From assembly GCA_038260405.1 (NCBI GenBank), contig JBBSNW010000004.1, positions 32,133 to 96,132 on the forward strand: a stretch of 64,000 bases of DNA, read 5' to 3'. The notes below the pieces were generated by a model. The model was given only the letters and a program-made list of their open reading frames with translations, searched no databases and was not told the DNA's origin. A program made the position numbers and the translations under genes. Origin of the DNA: Rhodobacterales bacterium (lineage in GTDB: Bacteria; Pseudomonadota; Alphaproteobacteria; Rhodobacterales; Rhodobacteraceae). Position 1 is the first letter of the stretch, and each line of letters opens with the position of its first letter. This document shows, in pieces, positions 61,302 to 64,000 of the stretch.

Positions 61302-62033
61302 ATGCAGATCGTCAGCCTCAGTCTGTTCCGTTTTGCCTCGCTTCCGGCGCGGCTCTGGGCGTTTGGAATGATGGGAGCAGCCCGGCTGTCATTGCCGCGA
61401 ATCGCGGGCATCGGATTCTGGAAGCTCTGCGGGTCGGGCACCGGCGAAGGTTTCACGCCCGTTCCCAACACCGCCGTCTATGCGATCCTCGCCACATGGC
61501 CCGATCTCGAGACGGCGCAGCGGCAGACGGCGACCTCCGGACTTTACCGCCGGTATCGCCACCGTGCCTCCGAAAGCTGGACGCTGTTCCTGAAACCTAT
61601 CTCGTCCCGTGGGAAATGGGCGGATGTCGCGCCGTTCCAGCCGGGCGAGGATGATCAGACCGGCCCCATCGCGGCCCTCACCCGCGCCACGATCAGACCG
61701 CGCCGCGCGCTGCGATTCTGGGCCCGGGTGCCCGACATCTCGAAGGTCATAGGCGCCGATCCGAACGTGCTGTTCAAGATCGGCATCGGCGAGCTGCCGC
61801 TGCTACATCAGGTCACATTCTCCGTCTGGCCGGACGCGGTGACGATGGCGCATTTCGCGCGCAAGGACGGCCCGCATGCCCGCGGCATCCGCGCCGTGCG
61901 CGATGGTGACTGGTTTCGAGAAGAACTTTACGCCCGCTTCCGTATCGCTGGAGAGGCAGGTCAATGGGACGGCGCGAGCCCGCGCATCCCGACAGACCGC
62001 CCCCCGGCATCCCAAAAGGAGACCGCCGCATGA
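61302..62033 (+). CDS. crtA: Spheroidene monooxygenase
   Basis: 243 aa (MQIVSLSLFRF...GFWKLCGSGTGEGFTP...LLHQVTFSVWPD...), CrtA-like as I recall it. Its stop overlaps the bchI ATG (ATGA). Confidence 0.88.
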   Translation: MQIVSLSLFRFASLPARLWAFGMMGAARLSLPRIAGIGFWKLCGSGTGEGFTPVPNTAVYAILATWPDLETAQRQTATSGLYRRYRHRASESWTLFLKPISSRGKWADVAPFQPGEDDQTGPIAALTRATIRPRRALRFWARVPDISKVIGADPNVLFKIGIGELPLLHQVTFSVWPDAVTMAHFARKDGPHARGIRAVRDGDWFREELYARFRIAGEAGQWDGASPRIPTDRPPASQKETAA

Positions 62034-63034
62034 GACAGCCCTTTCCCTTTTCCGCCATTGTCGGTCAGGAGGCGATGAAACAGGCCATGCTGCTGACAGC
62101 CGTCGATCCCGGCATCGGCGGGGTTCTGGTCTTCGGGGACCGTGGCACCGGCAAATCGACCGCCGTGCGCGCGCTTGCCGCCCTTTTGCCGCCGATCACC
62201 GTGGTGGCGGGCAGCTCGACCAACGCGGCATCCGTCGCGGATCAGCCCGACTGGGCGGACCCCCTGCCCGGCGACATGCACGAAATTCCGACGCCGGTGA
62301 TCGACCTGCCGCTGGGAGCGAGCGAAGACCGCGTCGTGGGTGCGCTCGACATCGAACGCGCACTCACCCGCGGTGAAAAGGCGTTCGAACCCGGACTGCT
62401 CGCCCGCGCCAATCGCGGCTATCTTTATATAGACGAGGTCAACCTGCTCGAGGATCACATCGTCGACCTGCTGCTCGACGTGGCCCAGTCGGGCGAGAAC
62501 GTGATCGAACGCGAAGGCCTGTCGATTCGCCATGATGCACGCTTCGTGCTTGTCGGGTCGGGCAACCCCGAAGAGGGCGAGTTGCGTCCGCAACTGCTCG
62601 ACCGGTTCGGGTTGTCGGTCGAGGTCCGCTCGCCCACCGACATCCAGGAACGTGTCGAGGTCATCCGCCGTCGCGCTGCCTTCGACACCAATCCGCAGGC
62701 CTTTCTGGACAAGTGGAACCCCGAGGATGCGATCATCCGTGACAGGATCCTCGCGGCACGCGCCTCCCTGCCCGGCGTCGAAACGACGGATCGGACGCTG
62801 CATGATTGCGCCGAGCTTTGCGTTGCACTTGGTTCCGACGGGCTGCGGGGCGAGCTGACGCTCCTGCGCACCGCCCGCGCAATGGCCGCCTATCAGGGCG
62901 ACAGCGAAGTCACGCGGGCCCATATGCGCGCCGTGGCGCCGATGGCGCTGAGCCACCGGCTGCGCCGCGACCCGCTGGACGAGGCCGGGTCGAGCACAAG
63001 GGTGATGCGCACCGTGGAAGATGTCTTTGCATGA
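62030..63034 (+). CDS. bchI: Magnesium chelatase ATPase subunit I
   Basis: Trimmed to the ATG at 62030 ([22 protein letters not shown]...), with AAAAGGAG upstream. Walker A is GDRGTGKST and Walker B is [10 protein letters not shown]. 334 aa. Confidence 0.96.
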   Translation: MRQPFPFSAIVGQEAMKQAMLLTAVDPGIGGVLVFGDRGTGKSTAVRALAALLPPITVVAGSSTNAASVADQPDWADPLPGDMHEIPTPVIDLPLGASEDRVVGALDIERALTRGEKAFEPGLLARANRGYLYIDEVNLLEDHIVDLLLDVAQSGENVIEREGLSIRHDARFVLVGSGNPEEGELRPQLLDRFGLSVEVRSPTDIQERVEVIRRRAAFDTNPQAFLDKWNPEDAIIRDRILAARASLPGVETTDRTLHDCAELCVALGSDGLRGELTLLRTARAMAAYQGDSEVTRAHMRAVAPMALSHRLRRDPLDEAGSSTRVMRTVEDVFA

Positions 63035-64000
63035 TGCATGACGCGACAGAGGCCTGGGTGACCGGGCAGCTGGCCTTGAACCTGCTGGCGGTCGATCCTG
63101 CGGGGCTGGGCGGTCTGCACCTGCGCGCTCGCTCCGGACCGGTCCGCAGGGCGTTCCTCGACGGAGTGCCCGACGCGCTCAAATCCGCGCGCAAGATCGC
63201 GACGAACATCCAGGACGTGCAGCTTTTCGGTGGCATCGACATCGCGGCGACCCTGAATGCCGGGACGGTCGTCATGTCCCGTGGCGTGCTGGCAGAACCC
63301 GTTCCGTTGATGCTGACCATGGCCGAGCGGTGTCCTCCGGGCCTTGCCGCGCGTCTGGCGCAGGCGCTGGATGCCGGGCGCAGTCAGGCGCTGCTCCTGC
63401 TCGACGAGGGCTGCGACGAGGAGGAATCCGCGCCGAAGACGCTCACCGAACGGCTGGCTTTCCATGTGGATCTCGACGGGCTGCGGGCAGTCGATCTGAC
63501 CGAGATGGCGCTTGGTCCCGATGACATTGCCGATGCGCGCCGCCGTTTGCCCGATATTGCCGTGTCGGACGACATGCTGGCGCTGATGGTGGTGACCGCC
63601 GCGCGCTTCGGCATCGACTCGCTGCGCGCGCCGCTTTTTGCGCTGGCCGCCGCCCGCGCCCATGCTGCCCTCTCGAACCGGTCCGAGGTAGGTGAGGAAG
63701 ATGCCCAGATCGCCGCGCAGCTGGTCTATGCCCACCGCGCCACGATGCTGCCGCAGGAAGAGGAACATGAAGAACAGGACGCGCCGCCCGATCAGGATGA
63801 AGACAGCGCGCCGCGGGAGGATGAGCGGCCAGATCAGGATGACCCGGACGAGGACGGCGATACCGGCGGACAGACCCTGCCGCAGGACATGCTGATCGAA
63901 GCGGTGAAGGCCCTTCTCCCGCCCGAGATCCTCTCGGCCCTGTCGCAGAAGACCGCGGGCAGCAGTGCCAAGGGCTCTGGCGGGGCGGGACAGAGGCGCA
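63031..64000 (+). CDS. bchD: Magnesium chelatase subunit D, 5' part (continues beyond the window)
   Basis: The ATG at 63031 overlaps the bchI stop (ATGA). The frame is open to nt 64000. It has a degenerate AAA-like N-domain followed by the acidic Pro-rich linker EEEHEEQDAPPDQDEDSAPREDERPDQDDPDEDGD typical of BchD. Confidence 0.9.
   Translation, partial: MMHDATEAWVTGQLALNLLAVDPAGLGGLHLRARSGPVRRAFLDGVPDALKSARKIATNIQDVQLFGGIDIAATLNAGTVVMSRGVLAEPVPLMLTMAERCPPGLAARLAQALDAGRSQALLLLDEGCDEEESAPKTLTERLAFHVDLDGLRAVDLTEMALGPDDIADARRRLPDIAVSDDMLALMVVTAARFGIDSLRAPLFALAAARAHAALSNRSEVGEEDAQIAAQLVYAHRATMLPQEEEHEEQDAPPDQDEDSAPREDERPDQDDPDEDGDTGGQTLPQDMLIEAVKALLPPEILSALSQKTAGSSAKGSGGAGQRR

Overview
High-GC (roughly 60-65% by eye) alphaproteobacterial DNA that looks like a Rhodobacterales/roseobacter-type aerobic anoxygenic phototroph. 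It falls into three blocks. (1) nt 1-2864: the 3' part of a Dpp/Opp-like ABC importer, with a substrate-binding protein and two permeases. (2) nt 3405-17040: a minus-strand flagellar sub-cluster, motB-flgE-flgK-flgL-flgI-motA-orf748-flhA-fliR-flhB-orf142, followed by an SDR epimerase-like gene and a Wza-like polysaccharide-export lipoprotein gene. (3) nt 19379-64000: an almost complete photosynthesis gene cluster, running off the window end inside bchD. Its order is cycA-hemA-puhE-acsF-orf98-puhCBA-lhaA-bchMLHBNF (minus), ppaA-ppsR-bchG-pucC-like-bchP-idi (plus), dxs-pufCMLABQ-bchZYXC-crtFE (minus), crtDC (plus), tspO-crtBI (minus), crtA-bchID (plus). pufA and pufB are too short for the ORF track and were found by hand translation. 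Many ORF-track starts were trimmed to internal starts, supported by ATGA/TGATG stop-start overlaps with the neighbouring gene. I saw no rRNA, tRNA, CRISPR array, transposase or integrase. The observations most worth a second look are: six copies of a 50-60 nt GC-hairpin repeat confined to intergenic spacers of the photosynthesis cluster; eleven PpsR/CrtJ-type TGT-N12-ACA palindromes, including a tandem pair over the bchG start and a triple array before bchC; a Shine-Dalgarno-preceded 49-codon ORF that exactly bridges bchX and bchY; a crtC reading frame with no usable start codon; an uncharacterised 748-aa secreted protein inside the flagellar operon; and a 440-nt lower-GC orphan spacer that ends in a strong minus-strand terminator. 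Nothing here is demonstrably a new system. All functional calls rest on my reading of the translated sequences and remembered family features, not on database searches.
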